Shown: one piece after another, positions 28,982 through 37,045 of the stretch
Position numbering within the stretch: position 1 is the first letter of the stretch
How the letters are laid out: each line of letters starts with the position of its first letter
NCBI GenBank assembly: GCA_963845535.1
Contig: CAWJSK010000012.1
Location: 736,001-800,000 of the forward strand
Reading direction: 5' to 3'
DNA length: 64,000 nt
Source: an uncultured Spirochaetota bacterium
GTDB lineage: Bacteria; Spirochaetota; Spirochaetia; SZUA-6; Fen-1364
Notes under the pieces: model-generated
What the model was told of the DNA's origin: nothing
Seen by the model: the letters and a program-made list of their open reading frames with translations, nothing else
The model's database searches: none
Program-made: the position numbers and the translations under genes

Positions 28982-29512
28982 TCAGGAATGGGCGTGCGTT
29001 TGCGCCTTGTACAACCCTCGAATCTCGTTGAGGACGTGAAGGTATTCTGGTGAGCGGTAGTCAGGGTACGTCCACTCGAGCGGGCGAAAGCTTCCTTTGT
29101 GGAAGAGGAGCGTGATCTCCGCGTGGATCCCGCCCGAGAGAGGGATGCGGTGGGCGCTCTCTTTGGTTGTCACGAGGATGAACCTGCTGAGGCACAAGAG
29201 GCCAGGGTCGATGTTGACTTTCCGCCCCCCTGCCTCGCGGAACTGTTCCTCCACCCGATTGGTCTGGAGCTTGATCTCAGCAATCATTGAGGGATCCACG
29301 AGGCGGCGGAAGGAAACGAAAAAGCGCTGGATATCCGGTCCCATCTCGGCGTCATAGTAGTCGGTGTAGGAGAACGGCATGAGCTGGCTGCAAAAATCGC
29401 TGGGTCCCCACGTCCTGTCGAAGATGCCAAGGAGCTCCTGCTCCGTCTGCGGCCGCGAGATGAGGACGGCCATGACCAGCTTTTCCGGCAGGAATTGCGT
29501 TGCCTCACCCAT
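28982..29512 (-). CDS. DUF4416 family protein
   Basis: FSYTDYYDAEMG, RKVNIDPG, TKESAHRI, WTYPDY; SD AGGAGG. Confidence 0.8.
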   Translation of the reverse strand: MGEATQFLPEKLVMAVLISRPQTEQELLGIFDRTWGPSDFCSQLMPFSYTDYYDAEMGPDIQRFFVSFRRLVDPSMIAEIKLQTNRVEEQFREAGGRKVNIDPGLLCLSRFILVTTKESAHRIPLSGGIHAEITLLFHKGSFRPLEWTYPDYRSPEYLHVLNEIRGLYKAQTHAHS

Positions 29513-29542
29513 TCCCGCCCTCCTCCTGTGGCAGCGGCTGCA

Positions 29543-29579
29543 TTGCGTCACCTCTGACTTTACCTTATAATTGCGGAGA
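29543..29579 (+). promoter_or_regulatory. Sigma70 promoter, probably leaderless mRNA
   Basis: TTGCGT(29543-48)-17nt-TATAAT(29566-71)-8nt-ATG(29580). Confidence 0.6.
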
Positions 29580-31014
29580 ATGGAAGGTTCAGCGGCATTC
29601 CTTCAGCAGCTCACTGATGCACTCTCCCGACGCGGCCAGTGGCTGGAGGGAACGCAGATTCCGCGCCTCCGGGAAGCCATCCAGAGCTACCAGACCCTTT
29701 TCGAAAGCATCATGGGGATGCTGATCAGGAAAGGTCTCCTTCGGGAAGATCCGTACAACTACGAACAGACCCAGACGGACATCGTTGTCCCCAGTGACGC
29801 CCCGCTGCCTGATTTCGAGAACGCTGATGAGACAAGTTATCGCCTTGCCGCTTTTCGGCGTCAGCTCAAGTTCGTGTTGGAGTCCGTCTTCACGCTGGGC
29901 GAACTGAAGCTCGGGAGGCTGAAGAAGCTGGCCGCCCTCGTCAGCTACATCAATTGGGGGGAGCTTGCGGAGACGTCCGGCAGCCCTGTCACGCGCTCCT
30001 TTGCGCGCGCCTTCATGAAGATTCTCCTGGGACCGGACGCAATGTCGGCGCAGATCCTCAAGGACCAGGAGATGCAGATCGAACGGGCTTTCCAGGATTG
30101 CCGCTCCATCATCGCCGACGTTGTGACGTACCACAGGGAATCCTGGAAAGCGGAGCTGCGCCGCGTCGCACTTCCCCATCTCTCGCTGGAACCGGGAGCG
30201 TCGGGAAAGAAGGATGAAACGGTACGTCTCATGCGAAAGATCTTCAGCAAGGAAATGGAGGGTCGGCCGTGGTATCCGGCGCTCGCGCAGGAGCTGTTCG
30301 CGGAGGAGACGGAAAGCGACGCAGAGTCCCGCAAGGCGCGATTGCTTGCCTCGCTTTCCATCCCGGAAGCGCAACCCGCCCAGAAGAGCGAGGTCCGGCG
30401 CGAAGGCAAGCCCATCCTGATGGAGGCCGTGAGAATCCTCTCCCGCCCGTATGAGGAACTGGTCACGGCAATCGAATCTCTTTCAGAGACGGAACGGCTT
30501 CTCCTGCCCCGCGAGGGCGGTTTCGGACAGACCCTGCGGCGCCTGTTCGGGATGGGAGCGCGGGCAAAGACGGATTCTCACACGTATGAGATCACATTCA
30601 CGGAACCGGCTCGCCGGCACCACCAAGGCGGAGAAGCTGAGCTTCCCGCAGTTCGCGCAGGAAGCCCGCAAGAAGGCTACTCTTCTGGCCGCCATTTCCG
30701 CGGGGACCGGTCCTGCGTACAAGCGGCTGGAAGGGACGTCGGAGACCTCCCTTGCCGCGTTTCTGGACAAGCAACTGAACGAGCTTCTCCTGATCCACCG
30801 CCGTCTTGCCGGGTTCAATGCTCTTTTTCAGTCGAAGGCTGCAACGGCGGGAAAGCAAGGCGTACGGGGAATCAAGCTGGAGCTGCTCGCCATTCGCAAC
30901 AGCCTCGTGAAAGCGAATCAGCGGCGGCATGAGTTCGGGACCAGGGCGGAAGCCGGGACGGAGAAGCAGCGAAACGGCGCGCGCGCGGAGACAACCCAGA
31001 AGTCGCCTGCCTGA
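29580..31014 (+). CDS. Helical hypothetical protein, frameshift near 30605-30610
   Basis: ORF 29571..30932 loses protein-like character after YEITFTEP and continues as LAGTTKAEKL...GIKLELLAIRN in ORF 30451..31014. Confidence 0.7.
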
Positions 31015-31027
31015 TCCCGGATTATCG

Positions 31028-31642
31028 ATGAGTGACGGGTATTTCCGCCAGATTCTTGGTGTTCCTCCCCAGGCTGACAGGGCTCAGATCCGTCAGGCGT
31101 ATCGGCGACTGGTCATGGAAAACCATCCCGACCGGTTCCCGCCGGAGAAAAAACCGCTTCAAGATCTGGCCATTATCACGCTGACGGAAGCTTACACGGC
31201 GCTCATGGGCGCTGCGGTGTCGCAAGGGCCAGCGCCGCCCGCGTCCGCATCGGGGGGACCGGCACCAGGACCGGCACCAGGACCCGCATCGGGTGCATCT
31301 GCGTCCGCGTTCGAGCACTCGGCCATCGCTGCTCATGGAGACCCTTCGTACGCCTATTACAAGCAGGGCTTCATCAACTTCTCGCTCGCCATCCACGGAA
31401 TCGCCGAGATAAACCGAAAGATCGCCGCGGGGCGCGTGCCGCGCTTCACGCGGAGATATACGGCCAAAGAGGATATTGCGAGCAGCCTCGCGTTCCTCCG
31501 CGCCGCGCACGGGTATTTTTCCCGCGTGGTGGAAGAGCACTCCCGAAGCGTCTGGAGCGCTGACGCGCGCGCCAAGCTCCGGAGGATCGAAAGGTTCACA
31601 AAACTCTACAGGCGGATCCTCGCCAACCTGAGCAGGCGCTGA
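31028..31642 (+). CDS. J-domain (DnaJ N-terminal) protein with Pro/Ala linker and helical C-terminal domain
   Basis: ILGV...IRQAYRRLVMENHPDRF (HPD motif), EAY. Confidence 0.8.
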   Translation: MSDGYFRQILGVPPQADRAQIRQAYRRLVMENHPDRFPPEKKPLQDLAIITLTEAYTALMGAAVSQGPAPPASASGGPAPGPAPGPASGASASAFEHSAIAAHGDPSYAYYKQGFINFSLAIHGIAEINRKIAAGRVPRFTRRYTAKEDIASSLAFLRAAHGYFSRVVEEHSRSVWSADARAKLRRIERFTKLYRRILANLSRR

Positions 31643-31647
31643 CTGCG

Positions 31648-31698
31648 GCGCGGCTTCGACGCGCGGCTTCGACGCGAGACTCCGCCGAGGGCTCCGGC
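31648..31698. repeat. 13-nt tandem repeat (2 perfect GCGCGGCTTCGAC + 2 degenerate) at convergent junction
   Basis: Copies at 31648, 31661, 31674, 31687. Confidence 0.7.
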
Positions 31699-32525
31699 TA
31701 CCCTGCCCGGTAGGTCCCCAGCACGCGCAGGTCCTCCGTAACGCCTTTCAACTCTCCCATGCACGCGCCGAACACGGACGGGTCTGACGGCAGGTCCACA
31801 TCGATATAGAACAGATACTGCCAAGGCTTGCCGAGGATAGGACGGGACTCGAGTTTCTTCATGTTCAGTCCTTTTTCCGCCAGGACCTGGAGGGCGCGGA
31901 ACAGCGCGCCGGGCTTGTCCGCAACGGAGAAGCAGAACGACCCCTTGCCCTTCTCCCGCAGCTCGGATGCATTCGGCTCCTCCGTCTCCCGCGCAATCAC
32001 GAAGAACCGCGTGTAGTTCTGGACGTTCGTTTCGAGGCCTTGCTTGAGGACGGCAAGACCGTAGACCTCGGCCGCCTCCGCGCTTGCTATGGCGGCATTT
32101 TCCAGGGACTTCTTCTCCGCAACAAAGCGAGCGGCGCCCGCCGTATCATAGAACGCCACGGGCTCCCAATCCGGGTGGCCCTCGAGGAACCTCCCGCATT
32201 GCGCAAGCCCCTGGGGATGGGAATATACGCGCTTGATGCTCGAAAGCGATGCCCCGGGAAGGGCGATCAGCTTGTGCTCGATTCGGATCTTCTGTTCCCC
32301 GATGATCCTGATGTCCGGATACTGCAGCAGAAGGTCATAGTTCTGGTGGATGGAGCCGGTAAGCGAGTTTTCGATTGGCACCATCCCGAAACCCGCCCTG
32401 CCCTCCAGCACCGCCTCGAACACTGACGGGAACTCGGGGACGGGAAGGGGTTTCACCTCGCCCGCGAACCAATGGCGGATGGCCTTTTCTCCATACGCCC
32501 CGCGTTCACCCTGGTAGGCCACCAC
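31698..32525 (-). CDS. pheA: Prephenate dehydratase (probably C-terminal part of an AroF-PheA fusion)
   Basis: VAYQGERGAY, PIENSLTGS, YSHPQGLAQC, NYTRF, LESRP. Confidence 0.88.
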   Translation of the reverse strand: MVAYQGERGAYGEKAIRHWFAGEVKPLPVPEFPSVFEAVLEGRAGFGMVPIENSLTGSIHQNYDLLLQYPDIRIIGEQKIRIEHKLIALPGASLSSIKRVYSHPQGLAQCGRFLEGHPDWEPVAFYDTAGAARFVAEKKSLENAAIASAEAAEVYGLAVLKQGLETNVQNYTRFFVIARETEEPNASELREKGKGSFCFSVADKPGALFRALQVLAEKGLNMKKLESRPILGKPWQYLFYIDVDLPSDPSVFGACMGELKGVTEDLRVLGTYRAG

Positions 32526-33697
32526 GGCGCCGTCGGTGCGCGCGGCCAGCCCAGCGGCGGGCCCGCCAGCCTTGCCTGGCTTGACGGCGCCCGGCCCACT
32601 TCCACCGCGCCGCGACCGTGCGCGCCACGGCTCGAAGCGGTCACCTTCCCGGCGGCAGTCGGTTCCGGCAACCGCGCCAGCTCCTTGCCGAGCACGGGAG
32701 CCATGGCCTCGATGTCCCTCATCAGCTTCTCGAACTGCTCGGGGTAAAGGGACTGGGGCCCATCGGACAGGGCTTTCTCCGGGTCAACGTGGACCTCAAC
32801 CGTGATCCCGTCCGCGCCGGCGGCAATCGCGGCAAGCGCCATGGGCGGCACCTTGGCCCTGATCCCGGTCCCGTGGCTCGGGTCGACGATGATGGGAAGG
32901 TGGCTCAGCTTCTTCACGACGGGGATGGCGGAAAGGTCCAGCGTGTTGCGGGTGGAGGTCTCGAAGGTCCGGATGCCGCGCTCGCAGAGGATCACGTCGT
33001 CGGTGCCGGCGGCAAGGAGATATTCCGCGGACATGAGAAGGTCCTGGATGGTGGCGGCAAGCCCGCGCTTGAGCAGCACGGGCTTGCCCAGGCTGCCCAC
33101 GCGCTTGAGCAGCTCGAAGTTCTGCATGTTACGCGCGCCGATCTGCAGCACGTCCACGTAGTCCCTCATCAGGTCCGCATGCTCCGGGGTGACGATCTCA
33201 GAAACGACCGACATCCCGTACGCCTCACCGGCCTCCTTGAGGTGCTTCAGTCCCTCCTCACCGAGACCCTGAAACGCGTAGGGGGAAGTGCGCGGCTTCC
33301 ACGCGCCCCCACGGAAGAGCACGGCTCCGGATTCCCTGACTGCTGCCGCGCATTCCATGGTCTGTTCGCGGCTTTCCACGGCGCACGGACCGGCAATGGC
33401 GATGATCCGAAGCCCGCCAATGCGCACAATCCCCGCGGGACCGCGGATGGAGATGACGGTGTCCTCTTTGCGGAACTCGCGGGAGGCAAGCTTGTAGGGC
33501 GAGCTGATGGGGATGACGCGGGCAACGCCCGGGAGCAGCTCAACCTCTCGGAGGTCCATCCCGGATGTTCCCACCGCGCCCAGGATGGTCTCCTCCTGAC
33601 CCACGATCTCGCGGATGGTATATCCGCGGGCGGTCAGGAACTCCCTGATGTGATTCTTGTCCTGATCCCGGATTGTGCGCTCGAGTACAATGACCAT
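32453..33697 (-). CDS. aroF: DAHP synthase type I-beta with N-terminal ACT domain
   Basis: IAGPCAVES, RGGAWKPRTSPY, QIGARNMQNF, LCERGIR, VDPSH, ALSDG. Confidence 0.92.
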   Translation of the reverse strand: MVIVLERTIRDQDKNHIREFLTARGYTIREIVGQEETILGAVGTSGMDLREVELLPGVARVIPISSPYKLASREFRKEDTVISIRGPAGIVRIGGLRIIAIAGPCAVESREQTMECAAAVRESGAVLFRGGAWKPRTSPYAFQGLGEEGLKHLKEAGEAYGMSVVSEIVTPEHADLMRDYVDVLQIGARNMQNFELLKRVGSLGKPVLLKRGLAATIQDLLMSAEYLLAAGTDDVILCERGIRTFETSTRNTLDLSAIPVVKKLSHLPIIVDPSHGTGIRAKVPPMALAAIAAGADGITVEVHVDPEKALSDGPQSLYPEQFEKLMRDIEAMAPVLGKELARLPEPTAAGKVTASSRGAHGRGAVEVGRAPSSQARLAGPPLGWPRAPTAPWWPTRVNAGRMEKRPSAIGSRAR

Positions 33698-33728
33698 TGC
33701 GGATGTTCCTTTGTGGTCCCCGCGCGCC

Positions 33729-34787
33729 TTACCCCGAGCGGGGCGCTCCGACGGTCACGCGGTTCCTGCCTTTCTCCTTGGATTGGTAGAGGGCCCGGTC
33801 AGCCTCACGGACGACCTCTGACGGGGCGTACTCCGTCTCCGGATCGAACTCCGTCACACCGACGGAGACGGTGACGTGCAGGGACGGCCCTCCGTTCGAG
33901 CTGGGAAAGGCGAAAGTCTCGATCTTTCTCCGTATCCTCTCGGCAACCACAACCGCGCCCTTGATGTCGACCGCCGGGAGGATGATGGCGAACTCCTCCC
34001 CTCCGTAGCGCGCCGGGAAATCCACCTGGCGGATGGACCGCGCGAGCTGCCGCGCAATCTCGCGGATGATCCTGTCCCCCTGGAGATGTCCGTAGATGTC
34101 GTTGAAGTCCTTGAAGTGGTCTATGTCGAACATGAGGAGGCAGAAGGTTGACTTGTAGCGCCGCGCGCGCTCCAGCTCCTCGTCCAGCGTCTTCTCGAAG
34201 AAGTGATGGGAGAACAGTCCCGTCATGCGGTCCGTGGTGGCCTGGCGGAAGAGGCTCGCGTTCTCAATGGCAATGGAGGCGAAGCGGACAATGCGGGTGA
34301 CGTACTGCAGGTCCGAAAGGCCGTAGGGGGAGCCCGTCCCGCTGCCGGGCAGGAGCAGGATGCCGATGGAGCCTTTGTCCGTGCGCAGGGGCACAATCAT
34401 GTCGATCCCCATGGCCGCAAATCTCTCCACGACGACCTTGTCGGGGAAGCTCTCCCGGAAATAGGAGAAAGGGATCTGGCTGTACTCATCCTTGTCCAGG
34501 AACGCAAGAAGGGGGACCACGGACGGCAAATCGATGGACAAGTCCTCCCGCTTCACCCCGCGATAGAAAATGACCTGGGGGGCGCTTTCCTCCATCTCAC
34601 CAGGAAGAAGCACGGTGACGGTTTCCATCTGGAACTTGGACACGAAGCTCCAGACCACATTCTTGATGACGTTCTCGATGTCGAGCTGTGCAGTGATCTG
34701 AAAGGCGATCTCGATGATCTCCTTCAGGTCCTGATTCTCCCTGTCGAGCGGCACCTCGTGAAGCTCATCGACAAGTCCGCTTTCCAT
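33729..34787 (-). CDS. Diguanylate cyclase (GAF-like + GGDEF)
   Basis: IAIENA, TDRMTGL, DIDHFK, RQVD I-site, RYGGEEF; TTGGCA-18-TATACT promoter 9 nt before ATG 34787. Confidence 0.9.
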   Translation of the reverse strand: MESGLVDELHEVPLDRENQDLKEIIEIAFQITAQLDIENVIKNVVWSFVSKFQMETVTVLLPGEMEESAPQVIFYRGVKREDLSIDLPSVVPLLAFLDKDEYSQIPFSYFRESFPDKVVVERFAAMGIDMIVPLRTDKGSIGILLLPGSGTGSPYGLSDLQYVTRIVRFASIAIENASLFRQATTDRMTGLFSHHFFEKTLDEELERARRYKSTFCLLMFDIDHFKDFNDIYGHLQGDRIIREIARQLARSIRQVDFPARYGGEEFAIILPAVDIKGAVVVAERIRRKIETFAFPSSNGGPSLHVTVSVGVTEFDPETEYAPSEVVREADRALYQSKEKGRNRVTVGAPRSG

Positions 34788-34893
34788 TGAATGGGCAGTA
34801 TACCCCAGCCAGGGGTTCCTTGCCAAGTTTTCCCCGGGCGGGTGTTGGGCAGGTGTCAACGCGCCGGAATGGCGGATGCGCCCCTGGGTTGCC

Positions 34894-36246
34894 TCAGAAA
34901 GCCATGGGATAGAACACGAGGCCTGAGACGGGCTTGGGATAGAAGTACGTCGACTTCCGCGGCATGCGCTCGTTGTTCTCCGCAATCGCCAGAACGTCCC
35001 CGAGGCTGGTGGAGTTCAGGACAAGGGCCACGTCCATGTCTCCGGCGTGGACCCTGGCGACGGCCTCATCCACGTCCTTGGTGTAGGCGATATTGGTGGC
35101 GAGATTGAGCTGCTCCTCGGTTATCCCGAGGATCTGATCCAGGATCAGCGTATTGAGGATGTTCACGTCGAGCAGTTTCCACACGGAAGAGAAATCCAGC
35201 CGGACGAGCTCTTCGTACGCCTCCTCATCCCGCAGCGTGAGCAGATAATACCCGACCGTGTTCACGACGTACGCGCCGAACTTATGCTCCCCCGGCGCCA
35301 CGTTTTTCAGGTCCCGCAGCCAGCGGCTTCGCACCTCCAGCTCGTTGTCCTCGCGAAAAGGGTACTTCTTCACGTGGAAGTGCTCCAGGATGGAAACGCC
35401 GAGCTGGTAGAGGTCCTCCACCTTGATCCCGTGCAGCATGCGGTGGGTCGGGAGAATGGCAAGGTCCTCGTGCTCGGAGTTGACGAGGAACATCATGATG
35501 TATTCCCAGGGAGCATCCGGACCGGCATCCGGATGGCGCGCGCGCATTCGATCACGGACGGTGAGCATGGTCTGGTAGCGATGGTGGCCGTCCGCGATGT
35601 AGATCATCTGCCGGGCCATGGTGCGCTGAATGACATCACAGCGCTCGGGGTCCGTCATGCGCCACATGCGATGGCGCACGCCAATAGGCTGCTCCAGGAA
35701 GTCCACGATGGGAGCATCCTTCGTCTGGTCGCAGATGACGGTGTCGATGCTGGCGCCCTTGTCCCGATACAGGCCCACGATGTACTCGAACTGGGTGGCC
35801 GTGGTCTCCGTCAGCCTGATCCGGTCCTCCAGCGGCCCTTTGATCACCTTCTCATGGGGGAGGATCCGGCGCTCCTCATAATCGCGGAGCTTCACCAGGC
35901 CAATGAAGCCCCGGATCCGCCTCCTGCCCTCATCCGGGAGGTCGAACTCCTGGTCGTAGACCCAGAAGGAAGGGCGCACCGTGCGGCGCAAGGTTCCGTC
36001 CCCAAGCCACCGGGCAAGGAAGTCACGCGCGCGGGTGTAGCGGTTCTCCGCATCGTTGTCCCCCGGCTCGGTCTTGCCCAGGATGAGCCGCACCACGTTG
36101 TGCGGGTCCTGGCGGTAATACGCGTGCTGGAGGGCCGGGGAGATTACGTCGTAGGGTTGGGACAAGCACAGTCCGACGTCGGGGACAACAGTCGGATCAT
36201 AATGGAGCGCTCGGAAAGGTCGTACATCGTTGATCGCGTCTGCCAT
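34894..36246 (-). CDS. DUF1015 family protein
   Basis: RPFRAL, PYDVIS, PHE, YIADGHHRY, ILPTHR, MPRKSTYFYPK. Confidence 0.88.
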   Translation of the reverse strand: MADAINDVRPFRALHYDPTVVPDVGLCLSQPYDVISPALQHAYYRQDPHNVVRLILGKTEPGDNDAENRYTRARDFLARWLGDGTLRRTVRPSFWVYDQEFDLPDEGRRRIRGFIGLVKLRDYEERRILPHEKVIKGPLEDRIRLTETTATQFEYIVGLYRDKGASIDTVICDQTKDAPIVDFLEQPIGVRHRMWRMTDPERCDVIQRTMARQMIYIADGHHRYQTMLTVRDRMRARHPDAGPDAPWEYIMMFLVNSEHEDLAILPTHRMLHGIKVEDLYQLGVSILEHFHVKKYPFREDNELEVRSRWLRDLKNVAPGEHKFGAYVVNTVGYYLLTLRDEEAYEELVRLDFSSVWKLLDVNILNTLILDQILGITEEQLNLATNIAYTKDVDEAVARVHAGDMDVALVLNSTSLGDVLAIAENNERMPRKSTYFYPKPVSGLVFYPMAF

Positions 36247-36371
36247 CTCACGGACGTTAGATCAGAAGCCGGCTCGGGTCAAGCGCGCCGCTGCCGCCGC
36301 GCCTTCCGCGCCAGCGTCGCCGCCGCGCCGCCCCCTGCGCACCCACCCGTGCCGCGCCGGCGTTGCCCGCC

Positions 36372-36929
36372 TTACCAGGCCGCGTTGAACGACCCCCAGG
36401 AGAGCCGCATGCCCACCACGGGCGAATAGGTTCCCAGCCGCGTCCCGATCCCGCTGTGCGGATCGATGTCGGCAAGGCCCTGCATGCCGGCATACGCGGA
36501 GAGCTGCATCCACGGCGTGACGGCAATTCCCAGCTCGAGGTTCGCTTCACCGAACAGCACGGCGAGCCCGGACTGCGTCCCCGCAAAAGTCGCTGAGACG
36601 CCTCCGAGACCCGTCCAGAGGTTGACTGCGAAGGTGAACGGCCCCGCGCGGACCTCCTGGCCGATGATGGCGCCTCCGACTCCCCCGACAACGGACCCCG
36701 TCCCTTGCGGCGAATAGATGGCGTACCCAAACCCTCCGGTGCGCTGGCCGCCGCTGCTGACGCCGTACCCGAATCCCCCCACCTCGCTTGCGGAAAACGT
36801 CGAGTTGCTGAACCCCTCGACGTAGTGCTGGTCGCTCCATGTCACGCCGCCCGCGCCCCTGGCAAAAGCGCCGCCAAGGGGAAGAGTCATGGCGGCGAGC
36901 GCGAAAATGACGATTCTTGCGTTGCTCAT
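36372..36929 (-). CDS. Secreted Gly/aromatic-rich protein, possible small outer-membrane beta-barrel
   Basis: Signal peptide ending AFA; alternating strands GGFGYG, GGVGGAIIG, ANLELGI, GMRLSWGSF. Confidence 0.6.
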   Translation of the reverse strand: MSNARIVIFALAAMTLPLGGAFARGAGGVTWSDQHYVEGFSNSTFSASEVGGFGYGVSSGGQRTGGFGYAIYSPQGTGSVVGGVGGAIIGQEVRAGPFTFAVNLWTGLGGVSATFAGTQSGLAVLFGEANLELGIAVTPWMQLSAYAGMQGLADIDPHSGIGTRLGTYSPVVGMRLSWGSFNAAW

Positions 36930-36993
36930 GACTATCCAACCCCGCGGTTTTCCGCGGGCGTCACCATCGACGGCTCGGCGGCCCTTCTTGGTT

Positions 36994-37045
36994 TTCAACC
37001 GACGGCTTCAATCGGCGGCTTTAACCGGTGACTTCAGTCGAGAAG
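36994..37045. repeat. 13-nt imperfect tandem repeat x4 spanning the PBP1A stop codon
   Basis: TTCAACCGACGGC / TTCAATCGGCGGC / TTTAACCGGTGAC / TTCAGTCGAGAAG. Confidence 0.6.
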
